Positions 9,048-18,321 of a stretch of 64,000 nt of DNA are shown in pieces; the first letter of the stretch is position 1; every line of letters starts with the position of its first letter. The stretch spans positions 434,001 to 498,000 of the IMG/VR virus record IMGVR_UViG_3300024239_000011. One strand, written 5' to 3'. A program made the position numbers and the translations under genes. Under the pieces are notes generated by a model. It was not told the origin of the DNA and made no database searches. It saw only the letters and a program-made list of their open reading frames with translations.

Positions 9048-9569
9048 TTACTTTCGTGCTTGTTTTGTTTCCTGTACCATTCCGGTAGGGATGCTTCCGC
9101 GTTTGATAAAGAAATCCAAGCGAGCGCCGGTTAGAGATGATGATTGATAATCAGACGAACCGGCACCGGTACGAATGTCAATGGTGATGGTCGTAAACGG
9201 CATTAATAGGACGCTATTGATTGCTCGCATCGCCTTGTGAGCATCGCGTTCTGACTTGGCTTCCAAGTTCAAGGCATGCTCGTTGTACTCGATGCGCACC
9301 CAGCCCAATTTGAGCAGTTCGAAGATTAGCTTATCGCTGTAGCCATTGAACGCGATGTCCGACACCACGTCGTCATCAACCACTTCTGGGTCGATGTCGA
9401 ACCGTTCGGCATTCTCCAACGCAAATTCTTGGTGTGATTTCTCGTCGTCTGACTTCCCAACGTAGGCAACGTCGTTGTCGTGGACGTTGAACCAATACTT
9501 CAGACCCCGACTTCCAAGAGCCGGTACGAAATCCATTAGACTTTCTGTAAGTATCTCATTAATGCGCAT
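9048..9569 (-). CDS. Hypothetical 'GWVR' family protein, putative head-internal
   Basis: MRINEILTE N terminus; paralogous to the N domain of 9608-10957. Confidence 0.75.
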   Translation of the reverse strand: MRINEILTESLMDFVPALGSRGLKYWFNVHDNDVAYVGKSDDEKSHQEFALENAERFDIDPEVVDDDVVSDIAFNGYSDKLIFELLKLGWVRIEYNEHALNLEAKSERDAHKAMRAINSVLLMPFTTITIDIRTGAGSSDYQSSSLTGARLDFFIKRGSIPTGMVQETKQARK

Positions 9570-9574
9570 ACGCT

Positions 9575-9599
9575 TATTTAGTTTGTGGATAGCTAAATA
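9575..9599. promoter_or_regulatory. Back-to-back TAAATA late promoters
   Basis: TATTTA at 9575-9580 and TAAATA at 9594-9599, each 5-8 nt from a start codon. Confidence 0.65.
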
Positions 9600-9607
9600 C
9601 CTGCATC

Positions 9608-10957
9608 ATGACCATACCCAGCCTTACCGACTATCTATGTGAGAACTCTTCGGAGCCGTTAACTGAACGGACGACTGAAATTCGTCTCTGGTACAACGTG
9701 AATACCGGGGAAGCGTTGGACACCAAGGGTAAAGATCATTTCGGGTTCGCGGCGGATAACGCCTCTTTGTTTGGTGTCGAGCATATTAATGTCGATGACG
9801 CAGACGTGGATGAAGACGGAGAAATGATCCCGCCTGACGACCGGTTGATGTCTACGGCATTTGCCAATGGCTGGGTCCGGATCAACATGAACGGTTGGGG
9901 TTTGCCCATCATCTGCACCGACCACCCCCGGAAGGCACAAAAGGCGCTCCGGTGGCTCGGGGATCGGCTTGAAGACCGGTCTGAGGTCATGATTGAACTC
10001 TACGCCGAAGGGCGGTGCCAATCGAAGACCTTGCGGGGCGAGGAAGTCTACCAGTTTGCCAAGGATGGGCGGCTATACGAAGCCGCTGCGCGGGGTCCAG
10101 AGGACTATTTCGCGGCAGGGGTGGTTGGTGATGCACGAGTCTGTGTAATCGAAGCCAGCGATCTCCGGACGCTGTGGGAGACATGTGTTCGCGCGGTTGA
10201 TCATGTGGATGAGGTTCGGTGGCACATTCCAGAGCGTGGGTTCGGAACTTTATTGGGTGATGAAATATCTCAATTCATCATGGTACCGGAGTTAGATATC
10301 CCCGCCACCCCATTCAAGTTACGTCGCTCCCTCAAGGAGAACGCGGGAAGCCCAGTAATTATTAATGCCATCAAGCAGTTGTTTGCTCAGTATATTGGGA
10401 CGACCAACCTCAATAATTTTTTTGGGAAACATCGCTGGGTAAATCTACCCGAAATGATGGGACGAAACGCAAAGGGCGGATCGACAGTGATTCGGCGGCA
10501 GCGTGTCGTTATGCAAGTTTCGCAGGAAGTTGTTGACTTCATTCATCGTTTCACTGGTCGAATTGAAGATACCGGGTGGTTTGTATCCGAAATTACCCCG
10601 AAGGATAATGGTTTCGACTTGGTACTAGATGCCACTCCTAACTTTGATGTTATGGGGACATTGTATCATCCAGTACCGTCAGAACAATTGGATGAAATCC
10701 GGCAGAGTGGTATTCAGCCTGAAGGTACCCCCGGTAAGATTTTATTGGGACGCACCCCTGCTGCTGCCCGCTTAATCGCTCTGCGCAAAGTCACACAGGG
10801 TGAATGGAGTGGTGATATCGCCATTATTGAGGTCAATACCAAGAAGGCGCACGTAAAGTTCTATCAGCACCCTGATTTTGCCAATTGTATGTTTGCGTAC
10901 CAGCCGATTTTTACCGGTGCCCTGCGCCATTCGCGAAAGAACGACTTGAAGCTATGA
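9608..10957 (+). CDS. Multidomain hypothetical protein (GWVR domain plus degenerate ART/KptA-like C domain)
   Basis: N domain aligns with 9048-9569; C terminus LYHPVP.E.LDEIRQSGIQP resembles the LYHGT...I...GL.P motif. Confidence 0.7.
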   Translation: MTIPSLTDYLCENSSEPLTERTTEIRLWYNVNTGEALDTKGKDHFGFAADNASLFGVEHINVDDADVDEDGEMIPPDDRLMSTAFANGWVRINMNGWGLPIICTDHPRKAQKALRWLGDRLEDRSEVMIELYAEGRCQSKTLRGEEVYQFAKDGRLYEAAARGPEDYFAAGVVGDARVCVIEASDLRTLWETCVRAVDHVDEVRWHIPERGFGTLLGDEISQFIMVPELDIPATPFKLRRSLKENAGSPVIINAIKQLFAQYIGTTNLNNFFGKHRWVNLPEMMGRNAKGGSTVIRRQRVVMQVSQEVVDFIHRFTGRIEDTGWFVSEITPKDNGFDLVLDATPNFDVMGTLYHPVPSEQLDEIRQSGIQPEGTPGKILLGRTPAAARLIALRKVTQGEWSGDIAIIEVNTKKAHVKFYQHPDFANCMFAYQPIFTGALRHSRKNDLKL

Positions 10958-11400
10958 CGTATCAAGTCCGGTACGGGCAATTACGTGCCCGTGATATTGT
11001 CAATCTACTGGAAATGACCCCCGCCGCCATTCAGCGTAAGGCGACTTTTTATAACAAGCTGGAACATTCAATTCTCCGTGAAGGATTTCGTAACCCCATA
11101 CTGGTGGTCGCTGGATACTGCCCGACCTTCTACGGGCATCGGTTGCCATCATCCATGCAGATGGATCGAACACAAATTTTGGTATGCTTTCGTCTTGGTG
11201 GCAGCCGTCTGTACGTTGCTCAGAAACATGACCTGATGGTTCCCTGTGTCATCAGCGATTTTGTTGGGCGGTTCCCCGATCTGGAACATCTACCTACCGT
11301 TGATGCGGTGGCGGACAAATTCAAAGAACGTCCGGATTGGATCAGGTTCCTCGGTGATGGCGTCTACACCGCTGAGTTACCCCATACTCACCTTTATTGA
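10954..11400 (+). CDS. ParB N-terminal-like protein
   Basis: LEHSILREGFRNPILV...GGSRLYVA; ATGA overlap with the upstream gene. Confidence 0.55.
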   Translation: MTYQVRYGQLRARDIVNLLEMTPAAIQRKATFYNKLEHSILREGFRNPILVVAGYCPTFYGHRLPSSMQMDRTQILVCFRLGGSRLYVAQKHDLMVPCVISDFVGRFPDLEHLPTVDAVADKFKERPDWIRFLGDGVYTAELPHTHLY

Positions 11401-11439
11401 CCCCACCTTTGCGTTAGTGATATCACGGTGCAGTTTTGA

Positions 11440-12399
11440 ATGCGAGGTTACATTATGGGCGGTGCTGCTTTCCCATCAATTGATGGATTGTCGCGGATTT
11501 TTCGCGAGCATCTTGAACCTACATTGCACTACGTCGCAGATGCTTTGGCTATCAAGGGTCTGACCTACGAGTATGTCCATGCGAATCTTGTAGGCAGCGT
11601 TGGGAAACAGCCGTCAAGTGGGGATATTGATATTGCCGTTGATGCCCGATTGTTTCCGCGCGATGTGCTGAGTGAAATTTACAAACACTCTCTGGCGCGC
11701 AACGGCGCGGGAACCGTCATTTTTCGTAACGAGGACGTGGATCATCTGGTGATGACGGCTTGGCCGATTGTCGTGGATTATTACGGCGGCGTCCCGGTGT
11801 TCCTTCATGGTAAGGATGGGCATGAACTATACGTTCAGGTTGATTTCTCCTACGGAAACGCGGATTGGTTGAAATATTCACATTGGTCGCCTGGAAAATA
11901 TCACAGTGCATATCCTGGCGTCATGATCCAGACCTTGATGATGCTGCTGGTCAAGATGAACAAAGAGTTCGTCTGGACGGACGAGCATGGTTTGCTGGCG
12001 GATGTCGGGTTGATCGTGGACGTGAACCGGGGTATGTATCGCCTGTGGCGGCTTCGCAAACGTACCGGGGATGAACCGAGCCGCGTTGATCCCGATTTCT
12101 GGGAGAGTAATTTCCGTCCGGATGGGAGGGAACCGCCGCGTTTCGCGCGTATTGGCTATATTAACGATCCTACGGAAGTCGTGCGCCTGACGTTGGGCGC
12201 GGGGGTGACGCCTGCGGATATCGACACTTTCGAGAAGCTGTGGGCGATTGTGGTTGACCGCAGCGCCAAGGGCGAGTTGCCGCCCGTCGCACAGATCAAG
12301 AGTCGGATGCTCGAAAGCCTAATCAAGCTTCCCATGAAAACGGAGTTCACCCGTGATCAGATGGAAAGCTTCCCGGTCTGGGCGGACGTTAAGGTGTAG
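11440..12399 (+). CDS. Pol-beta-type nucleotidyltransferase domain protein
   Basis: GSVGKQPSSGDIDIAVD and YVQVDF motifs; likely start MGGAAF. Confidence 0.7.
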   Translation: MRGYIMGGAAFPSIDGLSRIFREHLEPTLHYVADALAIKGLTYEYVHANLVGSVGKQPSSGDIDIAVDARLFPRDVLSEIYKHSLARNGAGTVIFRNEDVDHLVMTAWPIVVDYYGGVPVFLHGKDGHELYVQVDFSYGNADWLKYSHWSPGKYHSAYPGVMIQTLMMLLVKMNKEFVWTDEHGLLADVGLIVDVNRGMYRLWRLRKRTGDEPSRVDPDFWESNFRPDGREPPRFARIGYINDPTEVVRLTLGAGVTPADIDTFEKLWAIVVDRSAKGELPPVAQIKSRMLESLIKLPMKTEFTRDQMESFPVWADVKV

Positions 12400-13381
12400 G
12401 GCGGCTCTGGGCGAGGTGTACCATGCGTTGGTATACCCGCTTCAGATACTCTTTCCATGCCTGCTTGGTATCCACCCAGTTGTTCTGGCGAATGTGCTGA
12501 TAATAGCTATGTAGCTTATCGTCGGCAGGACTGGTCCCGTGTTTGAGGATTGACGCTAGGTGCGTTTTGGCTGCGCCGAAGTCCCAATTGTTCTTGTGCA
12601 GAAGGTCCAATGCCGCATTGTTGGCATGGGCATCTACTTCGACTTTCTTGGTCAGGTAGTCGGCATTCAAGAGCGCCGGGTCATAATGCTCATCAGGGTG
12701 TCCCATTTCATCTCGATCATTGGGAAGTCCCCAGGTTTCGTCTTCTTTGGATAGGTATCGATCATCGCTCGTCGTCGCAGACAGGGCATCGGGCCACTTT
12801 TCGGCTTTTTCTTCCGGGGTCATGGACATAAGTTGATCCCATTCAATGCCACGGCGGGACATAAAAATGTCTGCTTTTCTGGTCCACTTCAGATTGGCAC
12901 GTTTCATGCGCTTCGACTGGTGTAGATGAACCAGTTCGTGTGCCATGGTCCGCGCAATTTCGTGACAATAGCGGGCAATCATTGCTTCCCGTTCCGCCTG
13001 CTTCATTTTATATGGGACAAAATCCTTCACATCATCAGGGGACCATGCAGCCGGGATATCGAGTTTGAACATATGGCGGTTGCCACCCGATAAAAGAGTG
13101 TGTTTGCCACTGGGACGGTCAATGTCTTTTTTGGTGGATACGTTGAAGAAGACCGTTTGGAAAGCGGGATCGTGTGATATCCCGAATTCGGTCTTGAGGA
13201 TGTACCCCAAGGTACCGTCTATGCGCCCCCGAAGACGATCAAGGAAGTATCCTCGAAAATCATCTGGCTCGTGCTGGACATGCTTCAACGTGTCTTCATA
13301 GGCGTGTTGAGCATCTTTCTTGAACCAGTGGTACGGGTTCGAGATATCGATACGTTCGTTGAGAAGTTCTTGAAGTTTCAT
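12389..13381 (-). CDS. HExxH zincin-like protein, putative head-internal
   Basis: MKLQELLNE N terminus; AHELVHLHQ...YLTKKVEVDAHA. Confidence 0.7.
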   Translation of the reverse strand: MKLQELLNERIDISNPYHWFKKDAQHAYEDTLKHVQHEPDDFRGYFLDRLRGRIDGTLGYILKTEFGISHDPAFQTVFFNVSTKKDIDRPSGKHTLLSGGNRHMFKLDIPAAWSPDDVKDFVPYKMKQAEREAMIARYCHEIARTMAHELVHLHQSKRMKRANLKWTRKADIFMSRRGIEWDQLMSMTPEEKAEKWPDALSATTSDDRYLSKEDETWGLPNDRDEMGHPDEHYDPALLNADYLTKKVEVDAHANNAALDLLHKNNWDFGAAKTHLASILKHGTSPADDKLHSYYQHIRQNNWVDTKQAWKEYLKRVYQRMVHLAQSRPTP

Positions 13382-13411
13382 CCATACACCAGCTTGTTGC
13401 TGGTGTATTTA

Positions 13412-13602
13412 TCAGAAGAAACCCTTTGGCCACATGGAGTTCTCCATGCCGTGTTTCCGGATCGCATCCACACGGGTCATTACCTCATCGAACTCGTCGT
13501 CCGTGATGCCGAGTTTTTTGGCTTGACGCGCCGCCGAAGTGAATGCGAGGTACCACGAGTCATTGCTCGGGTGCTGGCGGATCGCCGCATGGATCACCGC
13601 CA
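13412..13602 (-). CDS. Small hypothetical protein (start uncertain)
   Basis: Protein-like C-terminal part of ORF 13412-13777; the upstream part overlaps a Cys-rich ORF. Confidence 0.35.
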
Positions 13603-13934
13603 CCAGTACCGCGATCACGGTCCCGGACGAGATACCGGAGAATGCGTTCTCGGTTGTCGTTGAAGAGGGACATGCAGCATCCGGCGCCGAAGGCAGGGTT
13701 CCAGTCGGAACCAGGGCTTTTGACGATTCGCTCATATTCACCACATCGGTAGATGTCGAATCCGTCATGACTTTCATCGATCTCTAAGTACGCGCATTGA
13801 TGCTTCGCCGCATCCCATACGCCAAAAACGCATGGACCCTTCTTACAACACATACCACTTCCGACACAAGGGGCGTAACCTTTCCACGCTCCGTGTTCAC
13901 GTAGGTGGACGATTTCGTCATTGATACGGTACAT
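13560..13934 (-). CDS. Cys-rich protein (YkgJ-like Zn/Fe-S cluster)
   Basis: PCVGSGMCCKKGPC...C.YL...RC..YE.I...GAGCC. Confidence 0.6.
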   Translation of the reverse strand: MYRINDEIVHLREHGAWKGYAPCVGSGMCCKKGPCVFGVWDAAKHQCAYLEIDESHDGFDIYRCGEYERIVKSPGSDWNPAFGAGCCMSLFNDNRERILRYLVRDRDRGTGGGDPCGDPPAPEQ

Positions 13935-14427
13935 GATCCAATCCCGCTGCGGAGCCGTCGCAGTGCATCGTCGCGGCGAGCCGTCCATCAATGTCGCGGT
14001 CGTCACCAGCTATGCCCGATGCCCTGATGCCATTCCAGCGTGTCGCCGTTTTTCATACGGATCAGCAGGTAGTGGTGGTGGTGTTTCGGCGGCTTGGCGG
14101 TCATTGATTTCATCCTGAACGAACATACACGTCGGCTCGTTCAGTTATAGTAATACATTTTTTGTCCAAAGTCAATGCGGGTACCGATGTCCTTTTTATT
14201 GCGCTGCACGGGGCGCAACGTATCTTTATACGCTCGTTGCGCATCCACCGTGAGCTATTCTTCATCCAATGGGTGAACAAATCGTATTTGCTTTATGTGT
14301 GTGACGATTACCTTGTATAGCGGTTTGTAGTTGGGATTGGAATGTATTTTGGTATGAAATGCGCACTTTACTTTAAGAGTAGTCATCAATGACAGCGATG
14401 CCCCACACCATCTGGTCACATGGGTGT

Positions 14428-14790
14428 TTATTTGTTCGCCACAAATTTGTGTCCTTTTGAACCATTACATGGCTGACACATGGTTTGCAGGTTGTTTAGG
14501 GCGTCGGAGCCGCCATGATGCCGGGGTTTGATATGATCAGCGGTCATCATTACCCATTCCCCATCACGCCAGCCGAATAGGTTCAGGGTGGCGACCGTGA
14601 GGGTCGGGGTTTGCTTGACGATGGTTTCTTGCCATTCGGTCCCGACACATCCGCACCGGACGCATACAGGACCGCTATGGGCGATGCAACGCAGGTTGAG
14701 GCTGATCTTGACCCGTGCGCCGCTGGGCAGGAAGAAATGGCTCTGCGCGGCACCAAAAGCGGTCTGAAGATTGGATAAAATCTGGTACAT
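14428..14790 (-). CDS. HNH endonuclease
   Basis: CVRCG...TADHIKPRHHGGSD...NLQTMCQPCNGSKG. Confidence 0.85.
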   Translation of the reverse strand: MYQILSNLQTAFGAAQSHFFLPSGARVKISLNLRCIAHSGPVCVRCGCVGTEWQETIVKQTPTLTVATLNLFGWRDGEWVMMTADHIKPRHHGGSDALNNLQTMCQPCNGSKGHKFVANK

Positions 14791-14807
14791 GTTCTATGCC
14801 ATAAACG

Positions 14808-14837
14808 AAAAAGGCGGGGCGTAACTGCCCCGCCTTT
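14808..14837 (-). terminator. Intrinsic terminator
   Basis: AAAAAGGCGGGGC...GCCCCGCCTTT. Confidence 0.75.
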
Positions 14838-14849
14838 ACGTTACCCCGC

Positions 14850-15758
14850 CTAGTAGCGGGTGTAGTTCAGGTTCTTAGACCACGCCGCGATCCACTGAGC
14901 GTAGCTCGGGTTGCGGGCGTACCAGTCGTTGTTGGCGAACAGCACCGAGGGAATGGCGATGGTGGTCACCGGCTGGTTGAAGAAGGCGTACTTCGGGTTC
15001 TGAAGGTTGCGGTAGAACCGGGGCGGGATCGACGCCATTTCGTAGATCGGCTGACCCCAGCGGTCACGCAGATTGAACAGGGCGGGATCGTTGATACCGA
15101 CCATTTCCAGGGTGGCGCCGTTGTCGTCCACGCGGTTCAGACCCTCGCTCTTCGGAGTGCTGACCACGAACAGGCAGTCCAGGCGGCTGCTGCCAGTGGA
15201 CTTGACGGTTTTCAGGGTGTTGGCGCTGGTCGGCTCGGAGGTGTTGTTCACCTGGGGACCGCCGTTGCGCGGGTCGAGATAGGGCAGCAGACCCATCATA
15301 ATGCGGTAGGTGACGTTACCGCCGCTGCCCTCGGGACCGATGGCGATGGTGTAGTTGCGCGCCTTCGGATTGCGGAAGTCCGAAATATTCATCAGACGAC
15401 CGACGACGCCCATTTCTTCCGCGACGTACTGGTTGCACACCAGATGACCGTATTCCTTGCCCACGGTGGCGACGGCACGAACATTCACGTCGTGACCGTT
15501 CATCACCTTGTAGTACAGGGCGGCGTCAGCCTGGGCAGGACCGGCGTCGCAGCCGCCGCGATCCATGATGGCGAGGTTGTCGAGGCTGCCATTGGTGACC
15601 AGCGGCGCCGGGGCATGGAAGTTGCCCGAAGCGAGAGCCGCCATATTCTGGTAGTAATTGCCCTTCGGCACACCACCACAGAAACGCTGGGCGTGCGCGT
15701 CATTATTGTACACGAACACCATCATGACCGACAGGACGGCCAAAATATAACGGTTCAT
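14850..15758 (-). CDS. TAXI-family (TRAP) solute-binding protein-like
   Basis: Signal peptide, GNYY, TNGSLDNL, AQADA, EYGHLV, IAIGPEGSGG. Confidence 0.7.
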   Translation of the reverse strand: MNRYILAVLSVMMVFVYNNDAHAQRFCGGVPKGNYYQNMAALASGNFHAPAPLVTNGSLDNLAIMDRGGCDAGPAQADAALYYKVMNGHDVNVRAVATVGKEYGHLVCNQYVAEEMGVVGRLMNISDFRNPKARNYTIAIGPEGSGGNVTYRIMMGLLPYLDPRNGGPQVNNTSEPTSANTLKTVKSTGSSRLDCLFVVSTPKSEGLNRVDDNGATLEMVGINDPALFNLRDRWGQPIYEMASIPPRFYRNLQNPKYAFFNQPVTTIAIPSVLFANNDWYARNPSYAQWIAAWSKNLNYTRY

Positions 15759-15894
15759 AAAAACCCCCAATCGAAGTTGTCTGGCGGACACCGTAGCGAT
15801 TTGATATTCATTTGTCAATCGGAGGCTGTAATAGGTTTGACAAATTCAGGAATGGTTTCTATGGTAGAGACATATTTTGCTCGGGGGAAAACCG

Positions 15895-16347
15895 ATGTCT
15901 TTGTTTGTTGATAATCGCCGCGCCCGCCATGAATATTTTCTCGAAGAGAAAATTGAGGCTGGAATCGTTCTTCAAGGTACGGAAGTGCGTGCTATCCGCG
16001 AAAAAGGTATGAATATCGCGGAGTCGTACATCGACGTGCGTGATGATGGGCTGTATCTGGTCAATGCCCATGTGGGTACCTGTAAGACGGTGGGTCCGTT
16101 CTTTCAACACGAGCCACGTCGTCCGCGCAAGCTCCTGTTGAGGGGGCGCGAAATTCGACGGCTGGCGCAGGAAGTTCAACGTAATGGCATGACCATTGTG
16201 CCTGTCAATGTTCATACCTCGGATCGGGGTTTGATCAAGGTGACTATTGCCCTGGCAAAGGGCAAGAAAAACTATGATAAGCGTCAGTCTGCCAAGGAAG
16301 CTGATTGGAAGCGCGACAAGGCACGGTTGATGCGCGAAAAGGGTTGA
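15895..16347 (+). CDS. smpB: SsrA-binding protein SmpB
   Basis: NRRARHEY..EEKIEAGIVLQGTEV, HEPRRPRKLLL, LAKGKKNYDKRQ. Confidence 0.95.
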   Translation: MSLFVDNRRARHEYFLEEKIEAGIVLQGTEVRAIREKGMNIAESYIDVRDDGLYLVNAHVGTCKTVGPFFQHEPRRPRKLLLRGREIRRLAQEVQRNGMTIVPVNVHTSDRGLIKVTIALAKGKKNYDKRQSAKEADWKRDKARLMREKG

Positions 16348-16388
16348 AACGAATAGCCATTGCCTTCGTCAACTGTGCCGATACGATA

Positions 16389-16643
16389 CTATTTAAAGCG
16401 ATACGTGATTCTACCCTTGGTCAGGTCGTATGGGGTCATGACGACCAGAACTTCGTCATCCAGTAGGACGCGAATGCGGTTCTTGCGCATGCTTCCAGCG
16501 ATGTGCGCCAGAATGCTTTGGTTGACGGTTTCGTTGGTTGCGGTTTCCATGGCAACCGAAACACGGAACATTGCGTTGGGAAGTACCTCGGTTACACGCC
16601 CGCGCACTTCGATTTCATCACCCTTGCTCACTTGACCTCCCAT
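16389..16643 (-). CDS. infA: Translation initiation factor IF-1
   Basis: [18 protein letters not shown]...[16 protein letters not shown]...[14 protein letters not shown]. Confidence 0.95.
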   Translation of the reverse strand: MGGQVSKGDEIEVRGRVTEVLPNAMFRVSVAMETATNETVNQSILAHIAGSMRKNRIRVLLDDEVLVVMTPYDLTKGRITYRFK

Positions 16644-16700
16644 GGTTCCAAACCGAAATTGGGGAGACGGTAAAACCGCTCCCTATTTCTGGTACCTTAT

Positions 16701-18242
16701 TTAATCGTGACCCGCTTCGTAGCGATGCACCATTTGGTCGTCGGCGTCCCGGCTGTCCAAAACGACTTTGTATCCCCACAGGCGGCTTATATGCTTGAGA
16801 ACTTCCTGGGTGTTCTGTTCATCCAGTGGAATGTCGTCACACATGCGATGATGCAGAACTAGAGTACGGCTACCGCGTAGATTGGCAGCCATCACCTGAA
16901 TGTCGGGTTCCAGGCGCGACACGTTGTATTGGCGCGAGAAAGCCCGACGAATATCTCGAAAACCACTGCCATTGTGGATATGGGTAACATCATATTCATC
17001 TGCATCCTCATCGTCATGCACAAGAAACAACTTCCGCTTCCGCATGACGGTGGGTGAAAGATATTGGAGGATGAAACTTTCGTCGCGATAGTTGGTAACC
17101 GCATCCAGCAGTACCGCCCGCCAATCCAGATTGCCCGCAAAATCAAACCATTCACGGTCTTCATCGGTGGGATTTTCACAGATGCGCTTGATGTCCTGCA
17201 TCATGTCGAAGCCAATGGCATACGGGTTGAAGCCACCATAGCGCGGATCATCGAAATCGGGCTGGAAGACCACGTTGGTGTGGCTCTGGGTGAATTCCAT
17301 CCAGGCACCATCGGTGATCATGCCCTTGTCCCAGAGACGGTTCATGATGTAGTGGTGGACAAAGGTAGCGAAACCTTCATTCATCACCTTGGTCTGTTTT
17401 TGCGGGTAGAAATACTGGCTGATCTTGCGGACAATGCGGATGATCTCGCGCTGCCATGCTTTCAGGGTCGGGCTGTTCTTCTCAAGGAAGTACAGGATGT
17501 TCTCTTCCGGCAGCCGGGCACGCCCACGCAGAGTGTCAGATTCGTCTTTCTCGTCCGCCGTGTCAGCAACCGGACCTTGCGGCACGGTGCGCCACAGATC
17601 GTTGAACGACCGCTCTTCGTATTCCTGCTGCGCCTTGACCCGCTCGCGCTCGCGTTCTGCGCTCAGCTTCTCGGGGCGATGATAGCGATCAACGCCGTGT
17701 GACATCAGGGCGTGGGCAGAATCCAGCAGGGCTTCCACTTCATCAAACCCATACCGTTGTTCGCAGTGGTTGATGTAGTCCTTCGCAAATGCAAGGTAGT
17801 CGAGGATGCCATCAGCATCCGTCCACTGCTTGAACAGATAGTTGTTGGCAAAGAAGTGGTTGTGCCCGAACGCAGCGTGTGCCATCACCAGAGCTTGCAT
17901 GGTCATCGTGTTCTCTTCCATGCAGTAGCTAATGCATGGATTCGAGTTGATCACGATTTCATAAGCAAGACCTTGACGCCCCTTGCGGTAATTCGTCTCG
18001 TCTCTGGCAAAATGCTTGCCAAATGACCAGTGCTGGTACATCAGGGGCATGCCGATGGACGAATAAGCGTCCAACATTTGCTCGGCGCTGATGATCTCGA
18101 TCTGATTTCGATACGGTTTCAGCCCGAGATCATTGATGGCGATGTCTTCGATGGCGTCGTAAGTGCGTTTAAGGGTGTCAAAATCCCATTCAGCACCTTC
18201 AAACAGCGGCTTGACCAACTTACCACGAGGCTTCCGCGCCAT
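16701..18242 (-). CDS. spoVR: SpoVR family protein (YcgB)
   Basis: HWSFGK, GLAYEIVINSNPC, AHAAFGHNHFF, YFYPQKQTKVMNEG. Confidence 0.95.
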   Translation of the reverse strand: MARKPRGKLVKPLFEGAEWDFDTLKRTYDAIEDIAINDLGLKPYRNQIEIISAEQMLDAYSSIGMPLMYQHWSFGKHFARDETNYRKGRQGLAYEIVINSNPCISYCMEENTMTMQALVMAHAAFGHNHFFANNYLFKQWTDADGILDYLAFAKDYINHCEQRYGFDEVEALLDSAHALMSHGVDRYHRPEKLSAERERERVKAQQEYEERSFNDLWRTVPQGPVADTADEKDESDTLRGRARLPEENILYFLEKNSPTLKAWQREIIRIVRKISQYFYPQKQTKVMNEGFATFVHHYIMNRLWDKGMITDGAWMEFTQSHTNVVFQPDFDDPRYGGFNPYAIGFDMMQDIKRICENPTDEDREWFDFAGNLDWRAVLLDAVTNYRDESFILQYLSPTVMRKRKLFLVHDDEDADEYDVTHIHNGSGFRDIRRAFSRQYNVSRLEPDIQVMAANLRGSRTLVLHHRMCDDIPLDEQNTQEVLKHISRLWGYKVVLDSRDADDQMVHRYEAGHD

Positions 18243-18321
18243 TATTTCGCTCCATTACTAACGACCATAACTTGGTCGCAAATTACAGTCAAACGTGTGG
18301 TTTTGTCCACCCATACCGCTA

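Noticed and set aside
13934-14126. Possible TAG readthrough or recoding upstream of the Cys-rich ORF
   Set aside because: TAG is an ordinary stop elsewhere (e.g. dnaJ, TAXI gene) and long genes are intact under code 11.
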